Source of the DNA: Anaerolineae bacterium
Lineage (GTDB): Bacteria; Chloroflexota; Anaerolineae; Aggregatilineales; J027
NCBI GenBank assembly: GCA_021463865.1
Contig: JAJTXY010000017.1
Coordinates: 20,635 to 84,634 of the forward strand
DNA length: 64,000 nt
Direction: 5' to 3'
A program made the translations under genes and the position numbers. Below the pieces are notes generated by a model. It made no database searches. It was not told the origin of the DNA and saw only the letters and a list, made by a program, of their open reading frames with translations. Each line of letters begins with the position of its first letter. The stretch's first letter is position 1. This document shows positions 55,589-64,000 of this stretch, in pieces.

Positions 55589-56500
55589 ATGACGAACACA
55601 ACTTGGCAAAAGCATTTGACAACTTGGTATCAAGCCGCCCGTCCGCGCAGTCTGACGGCGACCTATATCCCGGTAGCACTCGGCGGCGTGATGGCATGGG
55701 AACACGATCAATTTAATCTATTTCGCTTTTTATTGGCGTTAATCGGGGTGCTGTTTCTGCAAATCAGCGCCAACCTGCTCAATGAATATTTTGACCACAA
55801 AAAAGGGGCGGATGAAGGCAAAACACACGGCCTCGGTATGATTATCGCACGCGGCGTCCTCACCCCCCGCCAAGTTTTAATCGGCGGTGTGGTCACACTG
55901 GCGCTTGGCTGCTTGATCGGCCTCTATTTTGTCGCCATCACCGGGCCGTTGGTGTTATGGATTGGCGTTGCCGGAGCAGTCGTCGTGATTTTATATACGG
56001 CTGGCCCACTGCCATTGGCCTATATTGGATTAGGCGAACTGGCCGTCTTTATTTTCATGGGGCCACTCATTGTATTGGGCACGTACTATGTGCTGGCGGA
56101 GGAGGTCAATAATGACACCATTTGGGCCTCCCTACCCATCGCGTTTTTAGTCGCTAACATTCTGCACGCCAATAATCTGCGTGATTTGGACGCCGACCAA
56201 GCTAGAAACAAACGCACGCTGGCGGTTATTTTTGGACGGCGTTTCGCGGTCTTGGAATATCAATTCCTGATGGCGGGGGCGTTTATTTCAACACTGATTC
56301 TGGTCATTTTAAATATCGCGCCTGTGACAACACTGATTGTTATTTTTCTGCTGGCAGAAACATGGGTACTCGGCGTGATGGCCCAACACAAAGATAATCC
56401 CGCCGAACTGCATCAAGTATTTGTGCGTACCGCTCGGTTACACCGCTGGTTTGGCATCGCGTATGTCATCGGGTGGCTGATTGGTGTTGTTTTAGATTAA
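55589..56500 (+). CDS. menA: 1,4-dihydroxy-2-naphthoate polyprenyltransferase (UbiA superfamily)
   Basis: Start taken at MTNTTWQKHL (ATG 55589; 55559 and 55577 are also possible). Asp-rich motifs NLLNEYFDHKKGAD and NNLRDLDADQARNKRTLAV. Confidence 0.8.
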   Translation: MTNTTWQKHLTTWYQAARPRSLTATYIPVALGGVMAWEHDQFNLFRFLLALIGVLFLQISANLLNEYFDHKKGADEGKTHGLGMIIARGVLTPRQVLIGGVVTLALGCLIGLYFVAITGPLVLWIGVAGAVVVILYTAGPLPLAYIGLGELAVFIFMGPLIVLGTYYVLAEEVNNDTIWASLPIAFLVANILHANNLRDLDADQARNKRTLAVIFGRRFAVLEYQFLMAGAFISTLILVILNIAPVTTLIVIFLLAETWVLGVMAQHKDNPAELHQVFVRTARLHRWFGIAYVIGWLIGVVLD

Positions 56501-56513
56501 GGGCAGTATCAAA

Positions 56514-57587
56514 ATGCAAAATCCCACCTCCCGCCAGCCCTCGCTTTTCCCGGAATATACTACCAAATTCCCCTCGACTCGGTATCAAGGAAGCAAAGCA
56601 AAGTTGGCAGATTGGATTTGGCAGCAAATCGAGCATTTGCCATTTACCACCTGTTTAGATGCCTTCGGCGGGACAGGAGCAGTTGCCTATCGCTTGAAGC
56701 AGGCCAATAAACAAGTGACTTATAATGATCTTTTGCGCTTCAATTATTACTTTGGCCTTGCCCTCGTCGAAAACAGCCATACTTTCCTAGAACCATCTGA
56801 TATCGAATGGATACTCACCCCCCATACCAATATCGAATATCCAAGTTTCATCAGCCAAAACTTTTCGGGCATCTACTTCACCGACGATGAAAACGTTTGG
56901 CTTGACCAGACAATCAGCAACATTCGACAACTGCAAAACCCATATAAATTCGCGTTGGCCTTTTTTGCCCTATGCCAAGCCTGTATTGTAAAACGGCCCT
57001 ATAAGCTGTTCCATCGCAAAAATTTGTATGTCCGGTTGGCAGAAGTTGAGCGCACCTTTGGCAACAAAACCAGTTGGGATAAGCCGTTTGAAGAATGGTT
57101 TAGGATATTTGCCGCAGAAGCCAACCAAGCCATCTTCGACAATTCCCGGCAGAATTCTGCGATTAATTACGACGCTAGTCAGATTCCGGGTGATTTTGAC
57201 CTTGTTTACATTGACCCGCCTTATACTCACCCCAACGGAACAGGGACAGATTATCTAGGGTTCTACCATTTTTTGGAGGGCCTAACCCTATATAATGAAT
57301 GGGAGCAGTATATTAACCGTAAATCCAAACACCTGCGCCTCAAAACACGGCCTAATAAGTGGGTCAACAAAAACACGGTGACAGCAGCGTTTGAGGAGGT
57401 ATTTAAACGTTTTCAAAACAGCATTCTTGTGGTCTCCTATCGCAGCGATGGCATTCCATCCGAGTCTGTTTTGGTGGATTTATTGAAACAGTATAAGTCC
57501 GATGTGTCGGTGAGACGCTTCGGGCAATATCAATATGCGCTCTCTAACAACCCCTTATCTGAGGAAATCCTCTTGATTGGAATTTGA
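56514..57587 (+). CDS. Dam-like (D12 class) N6-adenine DNA methyltransferase, no adjacent restriction gene
   Basis: 357 aa. RYQGSKAKLADWI, the FGGTGAV SAM loop, and the DLVYIDPPY catalytic motif. The motif order (FxGxG before DPPY) matches alpha-class Dam. Confidence 0.75.
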   Translation: MQNPTSRQPSLFPEYTTKFPSTRYQGSKAKLADWIWQQIEHLPFTTCLDAFGGTGAVAYRLKQANKQVTYNDLLRFNYYFGLALVENSHTFLEPSDIEWILTPHTNIEYPSFISQNFSGIYFTDDENVWLDQTISNIRQLQNPYKFALAFFALCQACIVKRPYKLFHRKNLYVRLAEVERTFGNKTSWDKPFEEWFRIFAAEANQAIFDNSRQNSAINYDASQIPGDFDLVYIDPPYTHPNGTGTDYLGFYHFLEGLTLYNEWEQYINRKSKHLRLKTRPNKWVNKNTVTAAFEEVFKRFQNSILVVSYRSDGIPSESVLVDLLKQYKSDVSVRRFGQYQYALSNNPLSEEILLIGI

Positions 57588-57594
57588 TGACATA

Positions 57595-59568
57595 ATGGCA
57601 CCTCTTGCATACTCAGAGCAACCATTTGAAGGGACAAAGACAATTTCAACTCATTCCAAGATTTGGAGTATTTTCAAAAATATTCTGCTCGTTTTACTGG
57701 TGCTGATTTTTGCCGGACATCTCTTCATCTATCTTGCCTTTGGCATCAACCTCATCCAATTCCCGTTTGACTATGACCAAGCGGAGGGCATGGAACTCAA
57801 CAATGCCATATTGATCGCGGACGGCCAATGCCCTTACTGCGATAACGATCCCTTCCCCTTTTATGCCAGCGGCTACCCACCCTTTTATCATGTGGTAATG
57901 GTACCCTTCGTGTGGATTTTTGGGGCAGAATACTGGTACGGGCGGCTGATTGTGTTTGTGGGAACATTGGTCACGGCGGGGGCAATCGGATGGGCCGTAC
58001 ACCACCAAACGCGCCATAAAACCGTTGGTCTCATCGCAGGGTTAGTATTCTTAGCCTCCAACTACGTCTACCACATTGCTCCCTTGCTCCGCCAGCATTT
58101 ATTTATGGTCATGCTAGAAACCATAGCCGTTGTGCTGATAACAGTAGCGCACGAATACGCCGATGCAGAAAAACATAAACGGCGGCGATTGCTCATTCTC
58201 GGATGTGGGCTTCTCCTCGCAGCGGGTTATACCAAACAACTGGCCTATGCAACCGTCGTGGCGGCCTTTTTATGGATGTTCCTGCGTAATCCCCGCCGAG
58301 CCATTGTCTATGGGATGGGGGTGATTGCGGCAGCAGGGGCGATTTTTGCTGTTCTCTATCTCATCACGGATGGTTACTGGTACACCAACATCATCGCATC
58401 GAACGTCAATCCCTTTGTGCCGGGGCAGTTTTCTGGCTTGATGAAACAATATCTCCGGCTACACTGGCCTATATTGACTTTAGCGGGGTTGATGGTCGTC
58501 TACGAACTCTATTTCACGCGCCTATCGCTGTACAGCCTATGGTTTTTGGCGGCGACGGCGAATACGGCTCTTGCTGGCAAATGGGGAGCAGGCGACAGTT
58601 ATTTTGTAACCAGTTTGGCGTCGGCCTGCATCCTTGCGGGGATTTTTGTCGCTAAGACGTTGCACAGCGATTGGCAATTCCCCGAAAATTATCTGACCCG
58701 TCTGTTGGGGTTCTTGAAAAAACCGCTCACCAATAATCGCGCCCGTGTGACCTCGGCAGCCGGGTTTTTGTCGCTTGGTTTGGTGTTGATTTACAGCCTG
58801 ACCGTGCTTAAGCTGCCGACCAGTGGCCCAATTTTCGGAAAGTTGAGCGATATACTTGGCATCGAACCGAAATTTGGACACCGCTATCCCCTCTATGATT
58901 CGGCGGGCTGGACAGTTGGGTATGCCGTAACAGGTCATTTCACAAGTGACGAAGATGAGGCGAATGGCTGGAAAATCGTAGATCGTATCCGGCAGACCGA
59001 GGGGCTTGTCATTTCGGAGGATGCCGGGTTTACCATTCAGGCCGGTCGGGAAGTCATCACCAATGGCGTGCAGCTAAAAAATCTGTATGAACAGGGCAAG
59101 TATGATCCCACTGAACTGATTACTATGCTGGAAAATCACGAATTTGGCTTAATCGTGCTACGGGCGGGTTTCTATCCTCCCCCCATCCTCGAAACGATCT
59201 ATGATGCCTATACCGTCACCGAGGCCATCCCTATGAACGGCTTTAATTATGAACTTTGGACACCCAGTCCGATATGGAACGAACGCCGCGCCCTCCGCGA
59301 TTATCTTAAATCTGCCAATCCCGATGCCGAGCCATTTGCGGTGCAATTCAATATCCCCGAAAATGAAAGGGTCTCAACGTGGCTGCAAAAACAAATGAAT
59401 CGGTGGGGGTGGCAGCCAGAAAATTTGCCCGAAACTGCCGAGAATCCTTGTGCGGACTATCCCTTTATCCGTCAAAATCGCCGCGCCATTTTACATATCT
59501 GCCAAAATTCAACAGGCGACGGAATGCAGCAGCTAGAGCTTGAGGTTTCGCCACCCAGCCCTTATTGA
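57595..59568 (+). CDS. Polytopic membrane protein, putative GT-C-type glycosyltransferase (fourth type in the window)
   Basis: About 657 aa from ATG 57595 (the listed TTG at 57577 overlaps the methyltransferase stop). The acidic motif FDYDQAEGMELNN follows TM1. About 11 TM segments and a ~230-aa soluble C-terminus. Confidence 0.5.
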   Translation: MAPLAYSEQPFEGTKTISTHSKIWSIFKNILLVLLVLIFAGHLFIYLAFGINLIQFPFDYDQAEGMELNNAILIADGQCPYCDNDPFPFYASGYPPFYHVVMVPFVWIFGAEYWYGRLIVFVGTLVTAGAIGWAVHHQTRHKTVGLIAGLVFLASNYVYHIAPLLRQHLFMVMLETIAVVLITVAHEYADAEKHKRRRLLILGCGLLLAAGYTKQLAYATVVAAFLWMFLRNPRRAIVYGMGVIAAAGAIFAVLYLITDGYWYTNIIASNVNPFVPGQFSGLMKQYLRLHWPILTLAGLMVVYELYFTRLSLYSLWFLAATANTALAGKWGAGDSYFVTSLASACILAGIFVAKTLHSDWQFPENYLTRLLGFLKKPLTNNRARVTSAAGFLSLGLVLIYSLTVLKLPTSGPIFGKLSDILGIEPKFGHRYPLYDSAGWTVGYAVTGHFTSDEDEANGWKIVDRIRQTEGLVISEDAGFTIQAGREVITNGVQLKNLYEQGKYDPTELITMLENHEFGLIVLRAGFYPPPILETIYDAYTVTEAIPMNGFNYELWTPSPIWNERRALRDYLKSANPDAEPFAVQFNIPENERVSTWLQKQMNRWGWQPENLPETAENPCADYPFIRQNRRAILHICQNSTGDGMQQLELEVSPPSPY

Positions 59569-59581
59569 TTGGAGCAAAAAG

Positions 59582-61060
59582 ATGAATGTTCTTTTTATCG
59601 CCGCCGAAGCCGACCCCTTTGCTAAAACAGGTGGTCTAGGCGATGTGGTGGGCAGTCTACCCAGCGCACTCCGCAAATTAGGCATTGATGCGCGGGTGCT
59701 GATTCCGCATTATGGCACCATTGATGGCGAAAAATACGGTCTCACCTACAATTTTCAATTCCGCCATACCCGCACAGTGGGGACAGCCGACGTGCTGGTC
59801 AGCAAAACCGACTATAACGGTGTGCCGATTTATTTCCTGCGGAGTTGGCCCTTCTTTGGCGAGCGTTATGTCTACACCGATACCAATTGGGACAATCAGC
59901 GGTTTATCTTTTTCTCACAGGCGGCAATGGGAGTAGTGTGGGAATTGGCGAATGGGGCGGATGGCGACAATTGGTGGCCGGATGTTATCCATGTGCATGA
60001 TTGGCACACAGGACTCATCCCCTTTTTGCTGCATACCACCCGTTTCGTGGATGGCTGGAACAAGGTTGCCTCGGTCATTTCGATTCACAATATGGCCTAT
60101 CAGGGCAAAATGGCAGGTGTCTGGCTGGATACCGTTGGAGTGCCGCCACGCGACCATTGGGCCTTAGAAATGACCAATCACGGCGGGGATTTGCTGGCAA
60201 TTGGCTTGGCCTATGCTGAAAAATTGAATACGGTCAGCCCGAATCATGCCACCGAACTACATTATCCACGCTTTGGCGAAGGGCTTGAGACCTTAATCTG
60301 GGTACGTGACCGCGATTTCTCCGGCATTTTGAACGGGTTGGACATGGAACTTTATAATCCCGCCACTGACCCGCGTATCTTCCGAAAATTTGACGCCGCT
60401 AATTTCCGCACGGAGCGCATTCATAATAAGCGCAGTTTGCAAGAATTGGTTGGCCTGCCTGTCAGTGATGATATTCCAGTGATCGGCTTGGTATCGCGGT
60501 TGGTAGATCAAAAAGGCATAGACTTGGCGGTTGATGCCCTGCGCTGGCTATGTGTGGATTCGGATGTGCAGGTCATCGCGTTGGGGTCGGGGGAGGACAA
60601 GTTACAATTTGCGCTATGGAAGCTGAGTAATGATTTTCATTGGAAAGTGCGGGCCTACACAACTTATGACCCGATTCTGGCGCAGCGCATCTATGCAGGG
60701 AGCGACTTTTTGTTGATGCCAAGCCGCTATGAGCCGTGTGGTACGTCACAGATGATTGCCCTGCGCTATGGCTGTCTGCCGATTGTGCGAGAAACGGGTG
60801 GGCTAAAAGATACGGTGACGAATTATGACAATGGGTCTGGCAGCGTGGGGACAGGGTTTTCATTTTTGTGGGAGACACCGGAAGCTGTCTTGGGGACGAT
60901 GCGTTGGGCGATTGACACTTATCGGCATAAACGCAAGGCTTTTGAACGGATGCAGGAGCGCGGAATGCGGATAGATTGGGCGTGGGACAAGAGTGCCCAA
61001 CAGTACATTGACTTGTATGAGAGCGCCATCCGCGTCAAACGCAGTTGGCTGAAGGGCTAG
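59582..61060 (+). CDS. glgA: Glycogen (starch) synthase, GT5
   Basis: Start at MNVLFIAAEADPFAKTGGLGDVVGSLP (ATG 59582, KTGGL motif). C-terminus: LMPSRYEPCGTSQMIALRYGCLPIVRETGGLKDTV. Confidence 0.9.
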   Translation: MNVLFIAAEADPFAKTGGLGDVVGSLPSALRKLGIDARVLIPHYGTIDGEKYGLTYNFQFRHTRTVGTADVLVSKTDYNGVPIYFLRSWPFFGERYVYTDTNWDNQRFIFFSQAAMGVVWELANGADGDNWWPDVIHVHDWHTGLIPFLLHTTRFVDGWNKVASVISIHNMAYQGKMAGVWLDTVGVPPRDHWALEMTNHGGDLLAIGLAYAEKLNTVSPNHATELHYPRFGEGLETLIWVRDRDFSGILNGLDMELYNPATDPRIFRKFDAANFRTERIHNKRSLQELVGLPVSDDIPVIGLVSRLVDQKGIDLAVDALRWLCVDSDVQVIALGSGEDKLQFALWKLSNDFHWKVRAYTTYDPILAQRIYAGSDFLLMPSRYEPCGTSQMIALRYGCLPIVRETGGLKDTVTNYDNGSGSVGTGFSFLWETPEAVLGTMRWAIDTYRHKRKAFERMQERGMRIDWAWDKSAQQYIDLYESAIRVKRSWLKG

Positions 61061-61588
61061 GCATCTATCCGGGACATCTTGGCTTAAAATCAGGAGTTCC
61101 AGAAAATATATTTAAAAACAGAATACGTACTCTATGATTGTGAATTATATAAGCCAAAGGTGAAATTCGTAATGGCATAGTCTGTTGAAAAAGTCCGGGT
61201 CCAACAATTTTGATACGGATTTTCGCCCCTAAACTAGGCAATTTACTCTTGAAATGGAGTAGAGAGGCTTGATTTTGGCCCCCTTGTAGCTCTCTTGTCG
61301 ACTTTTTCAACACGCTGGGCAGTTACGCTTTCGGTGAGTTTTGGGCATGAAAGAAGGTAAAAGGGGTTAGGTGGTTTCATAGCGGTTAATAAACGGAGGC
61401 GGGAGTAGGCGTTGTGAAACGGTATGAACTTGTCAAGTGGTGACACTTGATATGGACGCAGGTTATATTTGGCCGTAAACCTCAAGAAAATGTGCTAAGG
61501 TCGCTCACCCTAATTTCTAGGATTATTCTAACGTCCATCGAACAGTATTATGTTAGGATACTTAGAAGAATGTTGAAATGGATGAACG

Positions 61589-62176
61589 ATGCTCTCTACT
61601 AATAAATCAAATCCCCCAACAAATGCCATTGACTTCTTTGTAGTTGGCCCATTTGCGTCTGGTAGAACACAGTTTATAAACACATTATGTGGACGAATAG
61701 AAAACTATTATCTAGATACAATGCCCGACGGCAAATCCCTTATGTTGCCCTTCAACCCGACTTTCAGCATAACCGATGACAAATTTTTCTACTTTTTTGA
61801 TAATCCTAGTGCAAAGCGACTCTCAAGTGAATGGCTAACAGAGCAAACACAGAATATCCCACCATCTATACCCTGTATAATTGTTCTGTTTGATCCCTCT
61901 TTCCCTCCAGCCTTTCGAGACGCTAAATCTCAAATTGATGTAGTGGCAAACACCCAAATCCCATTCTTAGTGGTCGCTAAGGTAAGAGAAAACGAAGATA
62001 TTGCTTTTCAATATGAGTCTATCGAGGCTATACAGAAACGTTGGGGGATAGACAAAATAAATGTATGCAACGCATTGGACAAAGAAAGCGTAAAAAAGGT
62101 AGTGGTAGAATTGTTGCAGATGCTTCCAGCCGAGCCATTGACTGAACAGGCCATTTTGCGCGTGCAGTCGTTATAG
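61589..62176 (+). CDS. Small P-loop NTPase-fold protein with degenerate GTPase motifs (pseudo-GTPase candidate)
   Basis: 195 aa in a low-GC stretch. The G1-like motif is GPFASGRT (Arg where the P-loop Lys is expected). The G3 position reads FDNPS, the G4 position AKVR, and the G5 position CNAL. Confidence 0.45.
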   Translation: MLSTNKSNPPTNAIDFFVVGPFASGRTQFINTLCGRIENYYLDTMPDGKSLMLPFNPTFSITDDKFFYFFDNPSAKRLSSEWLTEQTQNIPPSIPCIIVLFDPSFPPAFRDAKSQIDVVANTQIPFLVVAKVRENEDIAFQYESIEAIQKRWGIDKINVCNALDKESVKKVVVELLQMLPAEPLTEQAILRVQSL

Positions 62177-62192
62177 AGGGATAAAACAATCA

Positions 62193-62396
62193 TTGGATAG
62201 CTTCCCCATTGGCATATTTCTTTTTTTCACCCTCGTGGTAGTCGGGCTGTGTATTGGTGTCAGTTTGCTGATTATGGCCCGTATTTCGGATGATAAAGAA
62301 ACCAGTGTACTTAAACAAGTTTGGCAGACTTTTTTTGGCAAGCCCACTCCCCCACATGAAATACCGGATGATTTAGGGAAACACGATCACGAATAG
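62193..62396 (+). CDS. Small single-TM hypothetical protein
   Basis: 67 aa with a TTG start and one hydrophobic helix (IGIFLFFTLVVVGLCIGVSLLIM). Coding status is uncertain. Confidence 0.3.
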   Translation: MDSFPIGIFLFFTLVVVGLCIGVSLLIMARISDDKETSVLKQVWQTFFGKPTPPHEIPDDLGKHDHE

Positions 62397-62426
62397 GGTA
62401 AGGGTTCTAACAAAGGTGGTATTGGG

Positions 62427-63545
62427 ATGACATCTTCTTCGATACGGTTAGGGAAATTTCTGGGGATTGAAGTTGGCTTAAACTACAGCCTCTTGCTGAT
62501 TGCTGCATTGGTCACATTCCAAATTTCGAGTCTGGTCTTGCCCAATGAAGCCCCCGGCTACAGCGAAGTGTTCTATTGGACAATCGGGATGGCGACGGCG
62601 GTGGTCTTTTTCCTTTCCATCCTCTGGCATGAATTCGCCCACGCGCTGATGGCTCGATTCTTCAAAGTGCGTGTCCGTCGAATTGTGCTGTTTTTTATGG
62701 GTGGGGTCGCAGAAATTGAGGACGAACCGCGCACACCGGCACAGGAATTTTGGATTGCGCTAGTTGGGCCATTGAGTAGCCTATTTTTAGGTGGTATTTT
62801 TATTGCGCTCTTTTTGCCATTGGGGCACCATGATATTTATGGTGAGGTGTTTTTCTGGCTGGGTGAGATCAATATCGTGTTGGCAGTTTTCAACATGATT
62901 CCGGCTTTTCCATTGGATGGAGGGCGAGTATTCCGGGCCATTTTCTGGTTCTTCAGCAAGAACTATCTACGCGCCACCCGCTTGGCAAGCTATCTGAGTC
63001 AGGGAATCGCTTATCTTGCCATTCTCAGCGGCCTGCTTTCGATGTTTACGGGGCGAGTGTTGATGGGCAGCGGCTTGTGGGGCATCCTGTTAGGCTGGTT
63101 TTTGTTAGGGGCAGCCAAGAGCCATTTGCAGACCGCTCAGGTGCGTGAGAGCCTGCGGGGAATTCCATTGGGGCGTTTGGTGCGACAAGGGCAACCGCTC
63201 AATCCTGATTGGCCGCTGGCGTATGCGATTGACCGGATGGCAATCGGTGGCTCGGCCACTTCCTCCCCGGTGATCCGGGATGGGCATACGATTGGCTATC
63301 TGTCGTTGGATGTCCTACGGCGTATTCCCCGGATTGGTTGGGGCGGGGTGCGGGTTGAAAACGTGATGACGCCGATTAACACGGTACGGTCAGTGGATGC
63401 CTATCAAGATTTATATGATACCCTGCGGAATGAGGATTTGCAGCGTGAACCTTATTTGCTCATCACCGCCAATCAACAGCCGATTGGGTTACTGTCACAG
63501 CGAGAATTGATCGCATTCGCCGAACAGCAAGCACGCGGGATTTAA
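62427..63545 (+). CDS. Site-2 protease (peptidase M50) with C-terminal CBS pair
   Basis: 372 aa. Zinc site HEFAH ([10 protein letters not shown]), the second motif [14 protein letters not shown], and C-terminal CBS-like repeats. Confidence 0.85.
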   Translation: MTSSSIRLGKFLGIEVGLNYSLLLIAALVTFQISSLVLPNEAPGYSEVFYWTIGMATAVVFFLSILWHEFAHALMARFFKVRVRRIVLFFMGGVAEIEDEPRTPAQEFWIALVGPLSSLFLGGIFIALFLPLGHHDIYGEVFFWLGEINIVLAVFNMIPAFPLDGGRVFRAIFWFFSKNYLRATRLASYLSQGIAYLAILSGLLSMFTGRVLMGSGLWGILLGWFLLGAAKSHLQTAQVRESLRGIPLGRLVRQGQPLNPDWPLAYAIDRMAIGGSATSSPVIRDGHTIGYLSLDVLRRIPRIGWGGVRVENVMTPINTVRSVDAYQDLYDTLRNEDLQREPYLLITANQQPIGLLSQRELIAFAEQQARGI

Positions 63546-63654
63546 CATTTAAAGATGCGCTTTAACAATATAAGGCGGGTCGCCGTGCTGCCTGTTTTTA
63601 GGATGGCACAGGGCCATCTCCTACACACCCGATCTTTGCCTGCATATTAAAACG

Positions 63655-63691
63655 CAGACCGGACACAGGTTGTTTTCCCGGTCTGTTTTTT
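63655..63691 (+). terminator. Rho-independent terminator
   Basis: CAGACCGG (63655-63662) pairs with CCGGTCTG (63678-63685), followed by TTTTTT. Confidence 0.7.
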
Positions 63692-63750
63692 GTATAGTTC
63701 AAGTCGCTTGGAATTAATTGAAAATTGAAAGAATAGTGGGCAAGTCCCTT

Positions 63751-64000
63751 ATGCGATTTTCACGGAAAGTCAGAGTCCTTTTGGCGATTCTGGCAGTGAT
63801 TGTTCTAGTATCAGGCGCGTTGGCGGGGTATGCCACTTACTCCTTTTACTTTAGCCCCATCCCCAAAACCGACGGCTCACTTGGGGTTGCCGGATTACAA
63901 AGTGAAGTCGTTATCTACCGCGATAATTGGGCAGTGCCGCATATTTATGCGGATAACACCCATGACCTGTTTTTTGCACAGGGGTATGTTCATGCCCAAG
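63751..64000 (+). CDS. Penicillin acylase (peptidase S45) family protein, N-terminal fragment (runs off window)
   Basis: My own translation from ATG 63751: MRFSRKVRVLLAILAVIVLVSG... (signal anchor) ...VVIYRDNWAVPHIYADNTHDLFFAQGYVHAQ. This is the characteristic start of the S45 alpha-subunit. It is absent from the supplied ORF track because it has no stop in the window. Confidence 0.75.
   Translation, partial: MRFSRKVRVLLAILAVIVLVSGALAGYATYSFYFSPIPKTDGSLGVAGLQSEVVIYRDNWAVPHIYADNTHDLFFAQGYVHAQ

Noticed and set aside
20959-59581. Long 5' extensions in the ORF track for the sigma factor (20959), glgP (31286), the yceI-like gene (34608), the membrane protein (39898), the flippase-like gene (48536), the thiolase (54002), xth (55599), menA (55406) and glgA (59540).
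   Set aside because: In each case an internal ATG begins the conserved family N-terminus, for example MNVLFIAAEADPFAKTGGLG or MAREVVIVEAARTP. The extension overlaps a neighbouring gene or a promoter. I used the internal starts; they remain unverified.
61189-61198. AAAGTCCGGG, a 10-mer identical to part of the bacterial RNase P RNA CR-I (GAGGAAAGUCCGGGC), in the low-GC intergenic region.
   Set aside because: I could find none of the other conserved RNase P blocks nearby on either strand (ACAGAAyCCGGCUUA, GGUAA...GUGAAA..GGUG, the AGAUGAAUG type). The region is too AT-rich and too short. This is probably a chance match, and an Infernal scan would settle it.
1-64000. A search for CRISPR arrays, IS elements or transposases, rRNA and prophage genes.
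   Set aside because: On visual inspection I saw no regularly spaced direct repeats, no DDE or serine/tyrosine recombinase-like ORFs and no rRNA-like sequence. This negative result is limited by the lack of computational repeat detection.

Overview
All calls below were made by eye from the ORF translations and the raw sequence; no database search or computation was run. The window is a 64-kb chromosomal segment of moderate GC. Gene content and protein-family distribution suggest a Chloroflexota-type bacterium, which is an inference. I support about 45 protein genes and one tRNA-Gln(CUG). I saw no rRNA, CRISPR array, transposase or integrase.

The first 27.6 kb is a single co-directional, tightly spaced plus-strand gene train. 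It starts with an Lrp-like fragment and a stand-alone receiver. Six polytopic membrane proteins follow (540, 913, 2370, 1087, 762 and 1754 aa), interleaved with a flippase-like UPF0104 protein, a GT4 glycosyltransferase, a SAM methyltransferase and an ECF sigma/anti-sigma pair. It ends at a clean intrinsic terminator at 27609. Two of the giants carry the YYYxG signature of the function-unknown Chlor_Arch_YYY/DUF2298 family (TIGR03662, recalled from memory). Two others resemble its known genomic partner family TIGR03663: one keeps the DE and HGP motifs and is fused to a six-blade NHL propeller, the other has lost those motifs. This is my best candidate for an undescribed system, a multi-enzyme GT-C-like envelope-glycan or glycosylation machine with its own ECF regulator.

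A second candidate is a four-gene, translationally coupled minus-strand operon at 28131-31204. It encodes a TIR-like/2TM/degenerate-FHA protein, a Trm112-like methyltransferase with an atypical motif I, and two small membrane proteins, one with a zinc ribbon.

The rest is mostly housekeeping:
- glgP, glgC and glgA (dispersed)
- acs, a thiolase, rnhB, xth and menA
- a TetR regulator with a YceI protein
- a site-2 protease
- a penicillin-acylase fragment

Oddities among these:
- An orphan histidine kinase whose H-box His aligns to Asp.
- A CPA2 antiporter overlapped by a PII-like gene.
- An orphan Dam-like methyltransferase.
- A low-GC islet encoding a P-loop protein with degenerate GTPase motifs.
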